The notes under the pieces were generated by a model. That model had not been told where the DNA came from. It saw only the letters and a program-made list of their open reading frames with translations, and made no database searches. Shown here piece by piece: positions 1-13,766 of a stretch of DNA of 64,000 bases. The stretch is taken from the NCBI RefSeq assembly GCF_037042905.1, contig NC_087245.1:9116001-9180000 (forward strand), read 5' to 3'. This DNA is from Lytechinus pictus (Eukaryota). The stretch's first letter is position 1. Every line of letters starts with the position of its first letter. The translations under genes were made by a program, and so were the position numbers.

Positions 1-691
1 AACTTGTTTCCTTGCTCAAAACATTTTGAAGTGTGCATTGTGCCCCATCCCACTCTCCCACACATCGAGGCCATCAAGACGATATTTGCTTTACACTGAG
101 CTGTAATTTACATGAAATGGCTAAGGCTTGATTTTCATTTGTTAATCATTGTCAAGCTTTGGGAAAGTGTGGAGAAACAAGTATTAAATGAAAAATGAAA
201 CGTAAACCCATTTGAAATGATAAAAACTTAGTGAAAAAATACTGGAGATGTCTGATATAAACTTTTGTTCAGATTCAGTTATGTCCTCAGATCCAGCTGG
301 CACAAAAAGGGTAAAGGTTGTGCTTACTAAGTGTTTGAATTTCAATTTGGGTGGCAAAATTGTTGCAAAATGCTTGAATATATCCGTTTTTATTTCAATC
401 GACTAAACGTGCAAGGGAAATGTATGAGAAATGTTTCGCAAGGTAAGTTTGATTTCGCCCTTTTCCCTTGACACAGCGTGAAAACGAGTATTTCTGCGCA
501 AACAGATTTATGTGAGCTTTACAAAAATGGACAGTGCTCACTCAAGTGTAACATTCTGTCAAAACTTTTACTTTCATTGGATAGATGAGACCCAAACCCA
601 ACATTTATATGTGAAAAAATTACCCACATGTTGTATATTTTTTAATTCCCAGGTCTTTTTCAAAGTGTAAACTTTTTTTTGATACGCACTG
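1..691. mobile_element. Right end of a non-autonomous Tc1/mariner-type TIR element in an SLCO intron (left end outside window)
   Basis: Ends ...AAAGTGTAAACTTTTTTTTGATACGCACTG, whose reverse complement (CAGTGCGTATCAAAAAAAAGTTTACACTTTG) is the same style of terminus as the complete element at 55484-57276. Confidence 0.55.
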
Positions 692-827
692 CATTATTAT
701 TGTGTACGGTTTATTATTTCTTAATGTGACTTTGTAAACAAATATGCCCGATCTTAGCTTTATATACCATAACATTCCCATTCTCCTTGACTTTCATCTT
801 CAATGACTTCATTTGTTTGTTTCTTAG

Positions 828-3800
828 ACTCACAATAGATAAGACAAACCCTCTATGGGTAGGTGCTTGGTGGATTGGCTTCATAATGAATGGAGTTCTT
901 CTCTTCATCTTCTCGATTATCTACATGGGATTCCCAAAATCTCTTCCAGGTAACCGTTAGAGTATCCACAGTGACGTAACCAATTTAACATATCCCCAAA
1001 ATGATTATAACAATATTATTTCAAATAACTTGAGCCATACCCCCATAAAAGTCGTATAGAATCCTTAATAACACCTTCCCGGAATTGTACATGTACATTG
1101 ATTTTATATTATGTTCAAAATAGCCAACACTGTAATTGGTTTTTAGGAGGAAGTGTGATCATGAGAGATCGTCAGTTCGAGACCCAAAAGGATTGTGAAT
1201 TCACAGGGAAAGATGGCGCAGTTAACCAAACCAAGGATTTACCACGAGCTGTGTGGAATCTTGTCACCAATCTTCCCTTTATGTTCATGAGTATGACCGT
1301 TGTCTTCCAGTTCTTCCTCTTGGCTACTCTTGCTGTCTTTGGACCGAAGTATATTGAGTCACAACTTAGCATGAGTCCAAATGAGGCTGCGTATTCTATG
1401 GGTAAGAAGCAACTTTGTTGTTGTTCTTCGAAGGGTTAAATTAGGATTAATAAAACACGATTTTTTTCAGATCATCGTTTATAATAATCTTTATTTGATA
1501 ATAAAATAGAGAAGGTACAATTTACCCGGGTCCTTTACCAGTGATAATGGGACAAACTCCCCTTTACTTGCAATAGGCAGGGTTTTGTTCTTCAATATGT
1601 TCAATGCAGTACCTACTATACGAATAGCATCGGATGTCGAAAGCTTGGTTTTGAGGGTTTAGCAATCGCCTTTGCAAGAATTCTATTAAATGTCATTTTA
1701 GTGTTATGCTAAAAGAAATTCCAGCGTCACGACATTACATTCATATTTGTTTTTGGCATCTTTGGGGGTTTATATTTAGAAATCATAACTTATTCTCTAG
1801 AAATTTGTATTAATTCCGAAAACTTGCAAACATGTGTTAACAATTTGAATTCAAATAAGATTCCATTGCTCATTGGTCTACATGCACGAAGTTCGCCATT
1901 TCTGGCATTTCCTTTTTTGGGGGATTGGTCAATTCTTTAAAGCTTTATTATGAAATGAAGCAAATCTCCCTAAATCAGTGCGTAGCCAGCGTAGGTCCTA
2001 TACTTTGGTCACATGATAACTCTACACCAGATTTAGCAAAAACCAAATGTGACCACGAATGTTGCGTCATGGACATTACCACTTATGGTTTCCGGTGTAT
2101 ATACAAAAGCTTTTATATTATGACATTCTAATCCAAGTTTCGTTCCTTTTTACATGTCTACTTCTATGAATTTAAATATTTTAAAGAAGAAAATGTTACT
2201 GCGTTTATTACAAAAGAAACTTAAGCACGTATACGTACTTCAAATGCATATAAGAAAATAAACACTTACAGTTAAGAGCTTTTGTGATACTAAATTTGTG
2301 ACCTTAGCATATATTTTCTGAGCTATCAAGATTTTGCGATTTTGAGCGAAGGCGTATTTTTGTAAAGGATTAAGTAGACTCAAAACGTAGAAGCGATATA
2401 GGCCTATACCCCAAACACGAGCATAACTGTGATTCGATCTCTCTATCTCTCACTCAAAATGTTTGTTTTATCCAGGTATATTGTCTGTGTCAGGTGGTCT
2501 CAGTGGTGCTCTCATTGGTGGATTACTTGTTAATCGCCTTGACCTAAAGTTTTCTGGTCTAATGAAACTATGTGCCGTATGTGCATTTCTGTCGATGTCG
2601 ACATGTTGCGTGTTTACCGCTGTTTGTCCGACAATCGATTTTGCAGGAGTAACAGTCTCATATGAAAATAAGTAAGTACATTGATGTTAATAGGTGTATC
2701 CAACGGTTTATTTCCAATTCGTATAATGCTAATCCGTCCAATTGCCAACTCGTCTACTACCATTTGGTCTATCATCAGTTCGTCTACTCACCACATGGTC
2801 TACTTTCATTTAGTCTAATGCCATTCCGTCTAATAACCAGTTGGTCCAATAGCCATTTAGTCCAATACCATTTGGTCTAATTAAACTAAAGTATTAATTG
2901 TGGAAAATGAATGAAAAGAAAATGGATATTAGACCAACTGGTTATTGAACGAAATGGTGATTAGACAAAGTGATGATTGGACAAAATGGTTATTGGACCA
3001 AATGGTTGTTAGATGAAATGTTGATGGACGGAACGGAATTAGACTAAATGAAGGTAGACCATGAGGCGAGTGGACGTGTTGGCAGTGGACGAATTGGCAA
3101 TTTACCTATCCAACATGCGGATATGTTGATCTATCGCAAAAGAATATAATGTCTGGTCTTTTCTCTTCTTTTGCATCGGCAAGATCATTTACGGCATTAC
3201 AAACAATAAATTCGGTGAACCAGTTTTATTATTTTCAGCAGTTATTTGTTAAGATCAATTTAACAAAGAGGAGTAGTCTAGAATAGTCTACCCATCAATG
3301 GCGTACAGCAGGGGGGTTTTGGGGCGACTACCCCCCCCCCAAAAAAAAAAAAAAAAAAATCACGACCAAGAAAAAAAAAAGAGAAAAGGAGAGAGAAGGA
3401 TGAAAAAAGGATATTTTTTTAAACATTGTCAAAATTTATCGCAAAAATTTAAATTTGTAATAAAAATGATGAAATTTGTGCTCGCTCGCATCTTTTTATC
3501 AATTTTTGCCCGATCCGCCATATCCAACCCCCTCAAATTTTGGGCGCATTACGCCAATGTAACGACCGGTAGGCCTAGATAAACAACTGAGAAGAATCTC
3601 TAGTAGACCTATCTTGCACCATCGTAATCTATATTTTTTCATCCGTGTTCAGATATGATAAGAGCAATCATTGATCCTGCTATGACGTGATGTTTTTAAA
3701 TTTGTTTGTTCGGTTTTTTTTTCTTCTTTTTTTAAGAATATGAACAAGTTCCAATGTTCATGTATCTTGTCTTTATTGTTTTTAGGAGTTTATCTTACGA

Positions 3801-5796
3801 GGGCACTCCGATCTTAAGTGCACCATGCAATTCTCACTGCGTCTGTTCGAACAGCTATGATCCTGTATGTGGGAGCGATGGAATTATGTATTTCTCTGCT
3901 TGCCATGCTGGTTGTGAAGTCGATACTCAAATGAACTCTGATTGGGTATGAAAAATATTAATAGTATTAATGCCTCAGTCACATTAGCAAACACGACTTC
4001 AAAACCGACCGATGGTCTTGTCTTTTTTTTCTCTAGTCATCATGAATCATTAAAAAAAATATGCATTTTGTCGTGGCTCTGGGAAGCAGGGGTGCTGCGT
4101 ATGTTAGATGCCATATGCAGTATCCTCCTGGAAATCAGGTTGTATGCTAAAATATAGACATTTTACCAAAATCATCCTCATTTTGTAAGGTAAACCTTTT
4201 GAAAAGAAAACCTTTATTTTCTTGTTTTTTATTTTTTGTTGCTCATTTTTTTCTTTACCAGCACCCCCTCTTCAGAAATCGTTCCCAGGCCCCTGCATAA
4301 CACAAAAGGGCAGCTGCTCTTATATGACGTCAAACATGAAAAAAAGAAACTTGAAATTCTAATAACTTTTTAAATATGGTGGATTTTCCTCAATCTTTCA
4401 CCAATATTTTAAGTTATATTTTTTGGTATTTTTACAACAAACCTTTCTTCCGGGTGAACTTTCTCTTTAACAATCGATATTTATTGCGACAAGTATGATA
4501 GTTCTTCATCTAGTTAACATTATCATCTGTCCATAATCATGAAAAAACGTATTTTGCTTTGAAAGAGTTTCATAGATTGCCGCTGTATAGAGGACACAAG
4601 TACTTCGTCTGGACGGGGAACTGCCACCCCAGGGGTTTGTGACACATCGTGTCCTTACACTGAACTCTACTATGCCGCGATCTTTTTCATTCTACTCTTC
4701 GGTGCCGTGACAGCTGTATCGACCTGGACTGCTAGCATAAGGTAGGTATAACGGGAGGGGGCAAAATTGTTAACTGACGTACATACATGCTGAAACTGTT
4801 AAGTCAGTTGGATCATGTAGGTTTACAGCCTCACCGTTAAACCTCTGTCACTTTTCTAGCTCTCTCTATGATATCTAATGAAGATATGAGGTTACTTGGT
4901 AAGTCTTTGTTAACTACCCGCTAGGAAACCACGATAAAAAGATGTATGACCTTTGGCATGTGGTGTAAAGCGTTGAGAAGTACCCACACCCCCCCCCCCC
5001 CACAGATTCACATTTTAACGATGTTGGTAATTGTCTGTAATGTTATTACTTTTTTCTAGAATCGTTTCACACAATCAAAGAGCCTTTGCACTGGGAATCC
5101 AAACTCTGATGTACGGATTATTAGGTAGGTATTCACGCAATGTCAATCAAATGTCATGTTTCGTAACATTTGTGGGCATATAGCAGAGAATTCGAATTAA
5201 TATTGAAATTAAAGAGTAAAAAGTTTGGGATGAAATGCAATTAAAATTACCACTAATTGTATCTGCTGAATTCATTATATAAATAAAAAAATTGGGTGTG
5301 ATGTACCCTCACCGTTCCGGGACTTGATTTTGTTTTCCTTGACAAATTACATAGACGCACAAAAATGAGTATAGTAGCTTCTATTTTTAGATAGATGAGA
5401 ACAAGTCTCTTACTATAGGCCTATACTTGATAATTGGACGAACAAAATTTCGTTTTCTTTATTTTTTGAAAATGGAAGTAAAGTTACTAACCCCCACCCT
5501 TGTTCATTATCTGTTAAGGTTGTGTACCTGGCCCTATCGTCTTTGGTGCTTTGTTGGATGAGTCGTGTCTCCTTTGGGAAACCAGCTGCGAAGGTACGGG
5601 GAATTGCTGGCTGTATGAGAATCGAGACTCTGCTCTTTGGTTTCTTGTTCTCAGTGTGAGCTGTCAGTTTTTAGCCCTGGTATTCTTTCTCCTTGCTCTG
5701 ATTTCATACCGCCCACCTGACAAACAAGATCCTAACGAACATAAGGATTTCAGTAGTGATGCAACTAAAGTAGATTTGTTAATTGGCCAACTCTAA
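828..5796 (+). CDS. SLCO: Solute carrier organic anion transporter (OATP/SLCO family), 3' part. Exons 828-949, 1147-1401, 2476-2671, 3786-3945, 4566-4741, 5060-5124, 5519-5796(stop); 5' exons lie outside the window
   Basis: All introns are GT..AG and phase-compatible. The first exon in the window encodes the OATP signature region (NPLWVGAWWIGF). A Kazal-like loop (CNSHCVCSNSYDPVCGSDGIMYFSACHAGC) is followed by RAFALGIQ and the C-terminal PGPIVFGALLDESCLLWETSCEGTGNCWLY motif. Subfamily not assignable by eye. Confidence 0.95.
2705..3106. mobile_element. Non-autonomous DNA transposon with 8-bp TSD and GG termini (Merlin-like), with internal short tandem subrepeats
   Basis: TATCCAAC is duplicated at 2697-2704 and 3107-3114. 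Imperfect TIR GGTTTATTTCCAATTCGT / ACGAATTGGCAATTTACC. GTCTA repeats in the left half are mirrored by TAGAC repeats in the right half. Confidence 0.75.
3296..3559. mobile_element. MITE with CA(A/G)TGGCGTA...TACGCCA(A/C)TG termini (hAT-like); related copy at ~10608-10902
   Basis: Inverted termini are visible. Internal sequence (CGACCAAGAAAAA, CCCCTC(T)AAATTTT.GGC.CATTACGCCA) is shared with the copy at 10608-10902. Confidence 0.6.
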
Positions 5797-6003
5797 TGCC
5801 AACGCTTGATCTCCTTTTGGAGAACTATATTCTTTGGATTCGATTTTGTGATGCCAATATTCTACAAAAAGACTGGAACGGTACTAATTTTTTTATGACA
5901 ACAAACTGCTAGTGAATGGGGGAAGGGCAAGCGCTCTAGTCGCACCTTTTCAAAGTTTTGACACCGGGGGTTTATGTTGTTGTTCATCGAGATATATGTC
6001 TTA

Positions 6004-6828
6004 GGCTGCGTTTATGCGACCTCAAGCCAGAATCATGATTTGAATCATGATTTGAATCATGATTCAAAACACAAACATGAATCACAGTATCACAGAATCA
6101 GCGTTTAGATGACCTTCATTCCAATGCTGTTTCTCCTCAGATTCGGGCCAATCCAGTGCGCATCACTAGTGCGCAGTTTGACAGAGGAAGTTTTTCGCAC
6201 GTGTTTCGGCTCTCGAAAAATCTTTTGCTTCCAAAATTCAGTCTATACATCATTTTGTTTACTTCTATCATATAGGGTCCATATGCTTCTATTAATCTTG
6301 TTAGTTTATCCAAAATGGTGTTCGGAAGTGAATTTCAGCGTAGATCCAATTTAATATTGATAATGTATACTCAACAACAACTGAGATCATTGTCTGTCCA
6401 GTTAATTCATTTACTAGAACTTGAAGTTGAAGACATGACCAAAAAATAAACAGTAGTGGACGATGCGATGACCAACACAGAACTTGAACATGACAAGAAA
6501 TGCATGCATAGTACATAATCATCTACATACAATGAGCATATATAGAGCGCATTGAGCTTGGCATTATAGTCAAACCGAAAGTAGCCCGACACAGTGAGGT
6601 CATATAGAATCATGATTCAAATCACGATATCGTTTATTCGAACATTTTCGTACGTGATTCTGCAGAAACGTCTTTCCAAACGCCCCTTTTTTCGTGTTTC
6701 ATGTTTGTGATTCTAATCATGATTATATTCAATTTCGACTAAACGCAATCGTGATTCTGCAGAATCATGATTTGAATCATGATTCAGATCATGATTCTAG
6801 GGTAAAAAAGTGGCGGATAAACGCACCC
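6004..6828. mobile_element. PIF/Harbinger-like MITE downstream of the SLCO stop
   Basis: TTA TSD at 6001-6003 and 6829-6831. TIR GGCTGCGTTTATGCG / CGGATAAACGCACCC. Subterminal arrays of GAATCATGATTT at both ends. Confidence 0.75.
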
Positions 6829-7037
6829 TTAAAGCCACACCGCCTTTCTCCCCTTTTATCTATTTCCTAAGTTTGTTCTCCACTGTCTTACATTGCACCA
6901 CATTGGATTTAGGGCATTTGCCTCATTGGCCCCTTACTACTCTACTACTACCTTTAAGTTGACAATTAGATTGTAATTGCATCCACACTAAAACAAGATT
7001 TTTCTTTCAACAATTAGTTTATATCAAATTAGGATAT

Positions 7038-7253
7038 ACCCACATCTCAGATGGTAAATTACAGTTCCAAATGCGAGTGCCCACCTCCCGGCTTACTTCT
7101 AAGAACTGTCGTTCAATGATGAGGTAACGGCAATAAAGTTAGCTATAGCTAACTTTATTGCCGTTACCTCATCATTGAACGACAGTTCTTAGAAGTAAGC
7201 CGGGAGGTGGGCACTCGCATTTGGAACTGTAATTTACCATCTGAGATGTGGGT
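7038..7253. repeat. Perfect 216-bp palindrome (108-bp arms, no spacer)
   Basis: Checked block by block with no mismatches; centre AGCTA|TAGCT at 7145/7146. Confidence 0.97.
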
Positions 7254-8594
7254 CTTCGAGAACTTACGCCTGACTATGGGGCTTAGGAACGGGAGAGAAC
7301 AGGTTGATCAATGGACAAATAGGTGAAAGTTATATTTGTTTTAAACTGCTGGCTAGGCGTGATAATGAGACCTTTAGGGTCGCATATACCCTTACCGCTA
7401 CCATACATGAGTGCCCCCGCCCCCCCCCCCCCTAGGGTAGTAAATGAATAAGGACTTTTCGATGTACGTACGGATGATTAAGAACAGAGTCAGTGCATTG
7501 TCAAATGTCAGTTTACGGGCATTTGAAAATACGGTGACATGAAATTTGTTCCTACGACAATTGATCCTGGCTTAATTTCGTCTAAGATGAAGGGTTAGGG
7601 TTGGGATTGCAACAGGGTTTTAGGTTAGGTTTAGGGAAGGGTATAGTGTTAAACTCAGGGTTGAAGTTGGTCATTATTTTGATTAGTGTGTGGAATTTAG
7701 AGCGCAGCAATTGTCGCCAGAGCAAATGGAAACAAATTTGGAAACAAAAATTATCTACAAGTGTTCATAGAATAAAATAGAAATCAAAGATACTACACTA
7801 AGGTGATTAAATTAAGCGTATGTAAATAATATAAAAAATAATAAAAAGAATGCTATAAACATTTCTACTTGCTAAAGAAAGGTAATGACTGCTAATATAT
7901 TTTAATAGGAATATAATGCCCATTATTTCGTGGTAATGGAAAAGTAATATATATGATATAAAAGTAATGCCCATTAAATCCTTAGAATAAACATTTACAA
8001 TATAAAAGTAATTCCCACTAATAAGCTAATATCTATGAGGCAGAGTCTATTGAAAAGTATATTCTTGATGATCGAGTAAAAGGTAAAGGTAAGATAAAAC
8101 ACAACAATGCCAATAAAGTTTATTATATTTTAGATGATTTTTTTCTATGGGAAATTTGAAAGAAAAGCGGACTAAAATTGATATCATAATCATTTTGTCA
8201 TATCATTTACATACACTTTGAACAGTGTCTCATTTTAAAAAGATCGTAATAGTAAAATGGTAGGGATTATTAAATTGTATTCTGATAAATCATTTGAATA
8301 ACGCCAATTATTATGCTAAAAATGGTAAACATTGAAATGAGGTATCAACGTAGACTTCTATAATTTTGAATTTTATCCTTTTACCAATGTATAACGCAAT
8401 AAATGCAAAACCTGAAATGACACAAATGACACCACAAAAGATAATATCGTATCATATCCATCGTATTCTACACCAATGACAACCAGTTATGGCTTCGAAA
8501 GTCCGGACTGTTCTTATCCTTCTTTATGCCTATGAAATTTCTTCTTCAGTCGCAGTATCATCTGTCGTACTGTTGGTATGGTTAGAATGATTTC

Positions 8595-8780
8595 TTACTC
8601 TTCTTCAGGAGATATGACAATTGAGGTAGGTCGGAGTTTCCTGCAAAATAAATACTATTTTTAAGTAAACGCTGAGGTAATAAATGAATTAAATTTTAGT
8701 TGATACTACTACTATTACCTCTGCTGGTGGTAGTGGTGCTGCTGCTGCTGCTGCTGCTAAAGCCGCTACTACTTCTACTT

Positions 8781-8819
<39 letters not shown>

Positions 8820-8826
8820 GTAGTAG

Positions 8827-8867
<41 letters not shown>

Positions 8868-11800
8868 TTACTACTACTACTTCTAGTATCTCTACTACTT
8901 ATACTATACTTAATTGCGATAATAATGATAATCATGAATATATTAATAACAATGACAACAATAATGATAATATAGCAATGATAATAATCAATAATAATAA
9001 TAATGCAAAAAAATATGTATTACTACGGGAATTGTAAAAAGATGAAGAAAAGGGAAGACGATTAGGAAAGAAGAATATTAAAATGATAGAATTGTCGTAT
9101 ATCAACTCTTCTATTGCAATGAGGGAATAAACTCGAGAATAAAGATATCACGTTTAGCAAGATCACCCCCCCCCCCCTCCTTCTCTCACACTCCTAAGAT
9201 CATTCCTCATTTACTCACGTATATGTAACTCCAGCAGAGTCCATCATCATTTCAGATGCTTTCATGAGGTAGATGTTACTATCCCTGTACTTATCAGAGG
9301 CGTAGAAGACGTGTTTAATGCCTGCTTGTATAATCATCTTGGCACAGTCGTTGCAGGGAAACAGCGTGATGTAAATCTTACCCCCTCTGACGTCACATCC
9401 CTGCTTCTCCATCAATGCGTTAAGCTCTGCGTGAGTCACTGCATGAACATTCATGACAGTAGATGTTCAATGGCGACAGTAGGACATTTTAGATTAGGTG
9501 GCAAAGATTTAAGCTTAATTTCTGTTTATTTTATTCAAGAGCTCTTTGTTACCGATCATGAAATTCTTTTTTTAAGTGGGCATTCTAAACGGTATGAATT
9601 GGTTTTGTAGTTGCTCATCTGCATGGAAGGGAGCTAGGCGAACGATTGCTCAGAATAAGTTTTTTTTTTCATAAGGGAAAATAAGCACATTTAACGGTAT
9701 GACACAGTATGCAATTTAAGATTGCGGCGGAGGTTTACACAGCTAGGCCTTGGAATGCTTGTCATCAACAGAGTGGACTTCCAAGGGAAACAAAAATCAT
9801 AATTTTGATAGTAAAATTAGGCATGGAGTAATTCTTTAATTTCAAATTGCTAAAGAATTGCCTCTTTTATTTATCATTTTTTATGGGTAAAGGGGGAGAA
9901 TTTAAGAAAGTTTTCCTCACGATTCATTCAAAATAAATTTTATCTGCTTACATTACAGACTATATAATTAAACGCTTAGGGGCATTTTCACGGTAACTGA
10001 CGTTACACGGCACAATTTTACACACTTTTCATTGTGTGTATGATTATCTCTAAAACAACAAATGATGGGAGTTTGCTTTTGAAAATGCCCTAAGAGCTCT
10101 CTCTAGTCATGCTAGTGGAAATTATTATTTTACAGCTTGAAAAATTATCTGACATCACTTTGTTACTTCCTACTGTATATTGAAGATATTTATAAATAGG
10201 TCAGTAAGTAGCTTATATTCAGGGGCCTGGTTTGAAAAAAATATACAAGCCCCCCCCCCAAAAAAAAAAAAGTGTTTTATACTCCAAAATAAAAATTATT
10301 TTGGTCAGAATAAAATAACAAGGAAAAAAGGTTTTTCTCTCAAAAACCTCATTTCCTGGTGGTGCTGCCTCTGGTGTATAACATACGCACCACCCCTCCC
10401 CCTCATACATCTATTCAGCAGCCCCGCTTCCCAGGGCTATGCCCATATTCCATTAACAGGGCTATTTTAAAAAGTTAGGCATGACTTTTTGAACTGCGGA
10501 AACATATATTCAAGTAGTAAATCGATCCCGACAGGTTTAATTCCGAGCTAAAATTGAAAATGATGATATACATTCCATTTTTTCGAAACATATTTTAATG
10601 TATAATTTAGTGACGTACAGATGGGCGGGAGATTTGGGCGCTTGCCCCCTCCAAAAAAAATACGACCAAGAAAAAGGAAAGAGAAGGGTGAAATGTGATA
10701 TCATTTTCTGAATGCATGGTCGTCAGAATAGAGGATTATCTTTTTGTGTTTGGGGGACTGATCAATAGATGTCCCCCCCCCCCCATGAACAATGAACAAT
10801 TGATAATCCTCTGTGGCTCTGCTGAAGCCCATGAAAAAATATTTAAATTTTGCGCGATACGCCATATCTGGCCCCTCTAAATTTTTGGCTCATTACGCCA
10901 CTAGAATAATTTGTCAAAGTTTGGTAGGGTTATTCGGTCCTAATTTTTTAAAGCATTTGGGAAGTTTGGGGGTATCTATTTCAGCATCGGAACATGTTCC
11001 GGTTGTTCAGAAAAGCATGAGTATAAAGTACACAGTGTGGTCACAAAGTGTACCGTGTGAAGATTGCAATTCACAACATTGGACTACTCAAATTCAACAG
11101 TTTGAAGATGATTTAAGATCATTTCACATTGTGTTTTACATCGTATTCCAATATGTGAACGCACTTTGGGAAACAATTAATGTTGGACAACAGAGTCTTT
11201 TCAGCAGAGCATGATTCGGGCGACTGTACATGTAAATATGAATTAAGAAGACTTGGGTAATAATTACGAATGATACTTACCATAGGGAAACTTTGTATCA
11301 TATTTATTTTTGAGATCACGTTCGTCCCATGGGAACTCATCATCTAAACACCCGTCTGGCATTTTGTTAAAACCAGTACCGGCCAGCTTGCCATCCGAGG
11401 TTACTATGCATGCTCCCACCTTGTAACAATGAAAAACATTCACCAGCATTATTAGAATTGATGGTTCCGTATTAATTTACGAGGAAGGGAGGGGAGGGAG
11501 GGGTAGACATGAATCGTTATCGTTGTCATCTTTCTTTTCTTTCTTGAATGGACTGGCTTTATAAACCGTATACTGATCCTCGACCATGTCTATTTTGCCG
11601 AGATGTGTCGGGTTGGAGCATTGCAATAATTTCTGTCAGTTCTGTAAATGGATTGGGCGGCAGCGTCTGAAGCTTTAAATCAGCTTTTTTATATTTCAAA
11701 ATTAATATAGAGATACTCTACACGTTGTACAGATTCTTGAAAATAGGTTGCTTGATTTATTGTGTTATGCAAGGGCATAAACGTAGTCATTGCAATAATC

Positions 11801-12595
11801 TTCAATATAAAACATAATTCTACTAACATCTACCTTTTTTTAACTGGGTCATTCAAAGATATTCATTTCATTCAAAATATTCCCATGTAGATTTGGACCT
11901 ACCTTTACTCAAGTAATGTAAATATTAAGATAATAAGCAGGAAGAAAAGTCATGTTTGATTATAAATTAAGATTTTAAACTCAATTTTGGCTCTCTCGAA
12001 AACCGGCTTCCTATTAATGATAGACCGGCGAAATGTATCACCCACAAAGAACAACAACAATGACGATCAAGCTGATGATGATGATGATGATTATGATAAT
12101 GATATTAATAATAATAATGATAATGATAATTATAATGATATCAATAATGATTATTATAAAAATAATAACAATAATTAAAATAACAGTAATATTAATAAAA
12201 ACAATAACAGTAATAATAGTAATTAATAACGAAATATGCATTGATCAATTAGACTGCCAGTCAATCTTTTATTGTGCTGATACTTCTTCATTTGTTTACT
12301 TTGAAGGATTTGCAAAAATTATCAAATTTTATACTGTATATACCATACGTACGTAATAATTTTGTTTATTTACGCAATTACTTTTCTCGCTCGCTCGTAG
12401 ATTTTCAGAAATAGTGCACTGTATTACAACCGTCATCCCACTAAGGATTTTATTGTACAACTAGATGTAATGGTTACTAAAGGAATAATACATACCGGTG
12501 TAACTGGATCCTTGCTCCTTTGAGCAGTTAAATGAGCTGCAATCATGAAGTACTCGTCATCGCTCAAGAATTGCTTCCTGGGACCTATATGGAAC
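8595..12595 (-). CDS. DCTD: dCMP deaminase-like protein. Exons 12584(or 12595)-12496, 11419-11281, 9438-9219, 8640-8595(stop); start-codon exon uncertain (candidates near 13949-13974 or ~13572-13600)
   Basis: Spliced translation: ..EYFMIAAHLTAQRSKDP..VGACIV..GFNKMPDGC..FPW..TKFPYVTHAELNAL..ITLFPCNDCAKMIIQAGIKHVFY.SDKY..AGVTYTKLRPTSIVISPEEE*. Zn-binding/catalytic HAE and PCxxC motifs are intact, and GT-AG introns are in compatible phases. Orthology versus paralogy to DCTD is not established. Confidence 0.9.
8700..9003. repeat. (CTA)n/(CTG)n then (ATA)n microsatellite in the last DCTD-like intron
   Basis: Direct observation. Confidence 0.95.
12050..12230. repeat. (ATG)n/(ATA)n degenerate trinucleotide microsatellite
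   Basis: Direct observation. Confidence 0.9.
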
Positions 12596-12638
12596 CTTAA
12601 TTTTTTATACAAAAGTTTATTTCTTTGTTTGTCTTTAA

Positions 12639-13414
12639 AGGACAAGTCCACCCCAACAAAAAGTTGATTTGAATAAAAAGAGAAAAATCCAATAAGCATA
12701 ATGCTGAAAATGTCATCAAAATCGGATGTAAAATAAGAAAGTTATGATATTTTTAGGTTTCGCTTAATTTCACAAAACAGTTCTATGCACATCCTGGGGC
12801 CCGTTTCATAAAGCTGTTCGTAAGTTACGAATGACTTTACGCACGACTGGTGACCATTTCTTGTTCTAAATGATATCCCTATGTAACTGATTGAGCGCCT
12901 TAGAACAGGTTCCAGTCGTGCGTAAAGTCATTCGTAACTTTACGAACAGCTTTATGAAACACCACCCCGGTCGGTATGCAAATGAGGGAACTGATGACAT
13001 CACTCACTCACTATTTCTTTTGTTTTTTATTATAGGAAATATGAAATCTTCTAATCTTCTCCCCATTGTCCTGTGAAACAAAGTTTTATTTCTCCCTGAA
13101 CATGTGGAATTACCATTGTTTAGCAATTTATGGGTCTATCAAGTTTGTCCTTATGGTCAAATCTGTAAAAAATTAAACAATGTTTAATTCAAACAATAAA
13201 AAACAAAATAAATTGTGAGTGAGGGACATCATCGATTCTCTCATTTCCATATGACTAAATTGTGCACATAACTATTTTGTGAAAAATAAGCGAAACTTTA
13301 AAATGTCATAACTTTTTTATTTCAAATCCGATTTTGATAAAATTTTCAGCCTATTGCTTGTCTGATTTTGCTCTATTGATTAAAATCAACATTTTTCTGA
13401 GGTGGACTTGACCT
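12639..13414. mobile_element. Kolobok-like non-autonomous TIR element (TTAA TSD) with a nested Harbinger-like MITE at ~12797-12967
   Basis: TTAA|AGGACAAGTCCACC ... GGTGGACTTGACCT|TTAA. The nested element is GGGCCCGTTTCATAAAGCTGTTCG ... CGAACAGCTTTATGAAACACCACCC. Family members recur at ~60866-61457 and ~63268-63690, and partially at ~4320-4470 and ~21390-22370. Confidence 0.75.
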
Positions 13415-13724
13415 TTAAAACAAATTTAGATAAAATGAAATTTAGAAATAATTATCTGCATGTGATCACGGTGCTGACATCAGAAAATAAGAATACAAAA
13501 TGGAATATATATAAATCTTTCCTAAAACAGTACTAACATATTGTTTGTGGGGGGGGGGTGTTAGTAATGACCTTCCTTTAGAGACATTTTCTTGCATTTT
13601 TACTGGAGACGTATTACAACCATTTCACAATTCATGCCAATCAATCCCTCATCTTATTACTAACCATTTCATATAGTAAACTCATCATTTGTAACAAGTT
13701 CCGGTCGGCCAAATAAAATGAATC

Positions 13725-13726
13725 TG

Positions 13727-13766
<40 letters not shown>

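Noticed and set aside
6030..6800. CRISPR-like or regulatory array of GAATCATGATTT repeats
   Set aside because: These are subterminal repeats of a Harbinger-like MITE in eukaryotic DNA; there is no repeat-spacer periodicity.
7590..7640. Interstitial telomere (TTAGGG-like)
   Set aside because: Only a few degenerate units inside what looks like a dispersed repeat.
8696..8975. Poly-Leu / poly-Ser ORFs
   Set aside because: These are translations of an intronic (CTA)n microsatellite. The same applies to ORFs at 11987-12356, 29403-29727, 43821-44081 and 62448-62663.
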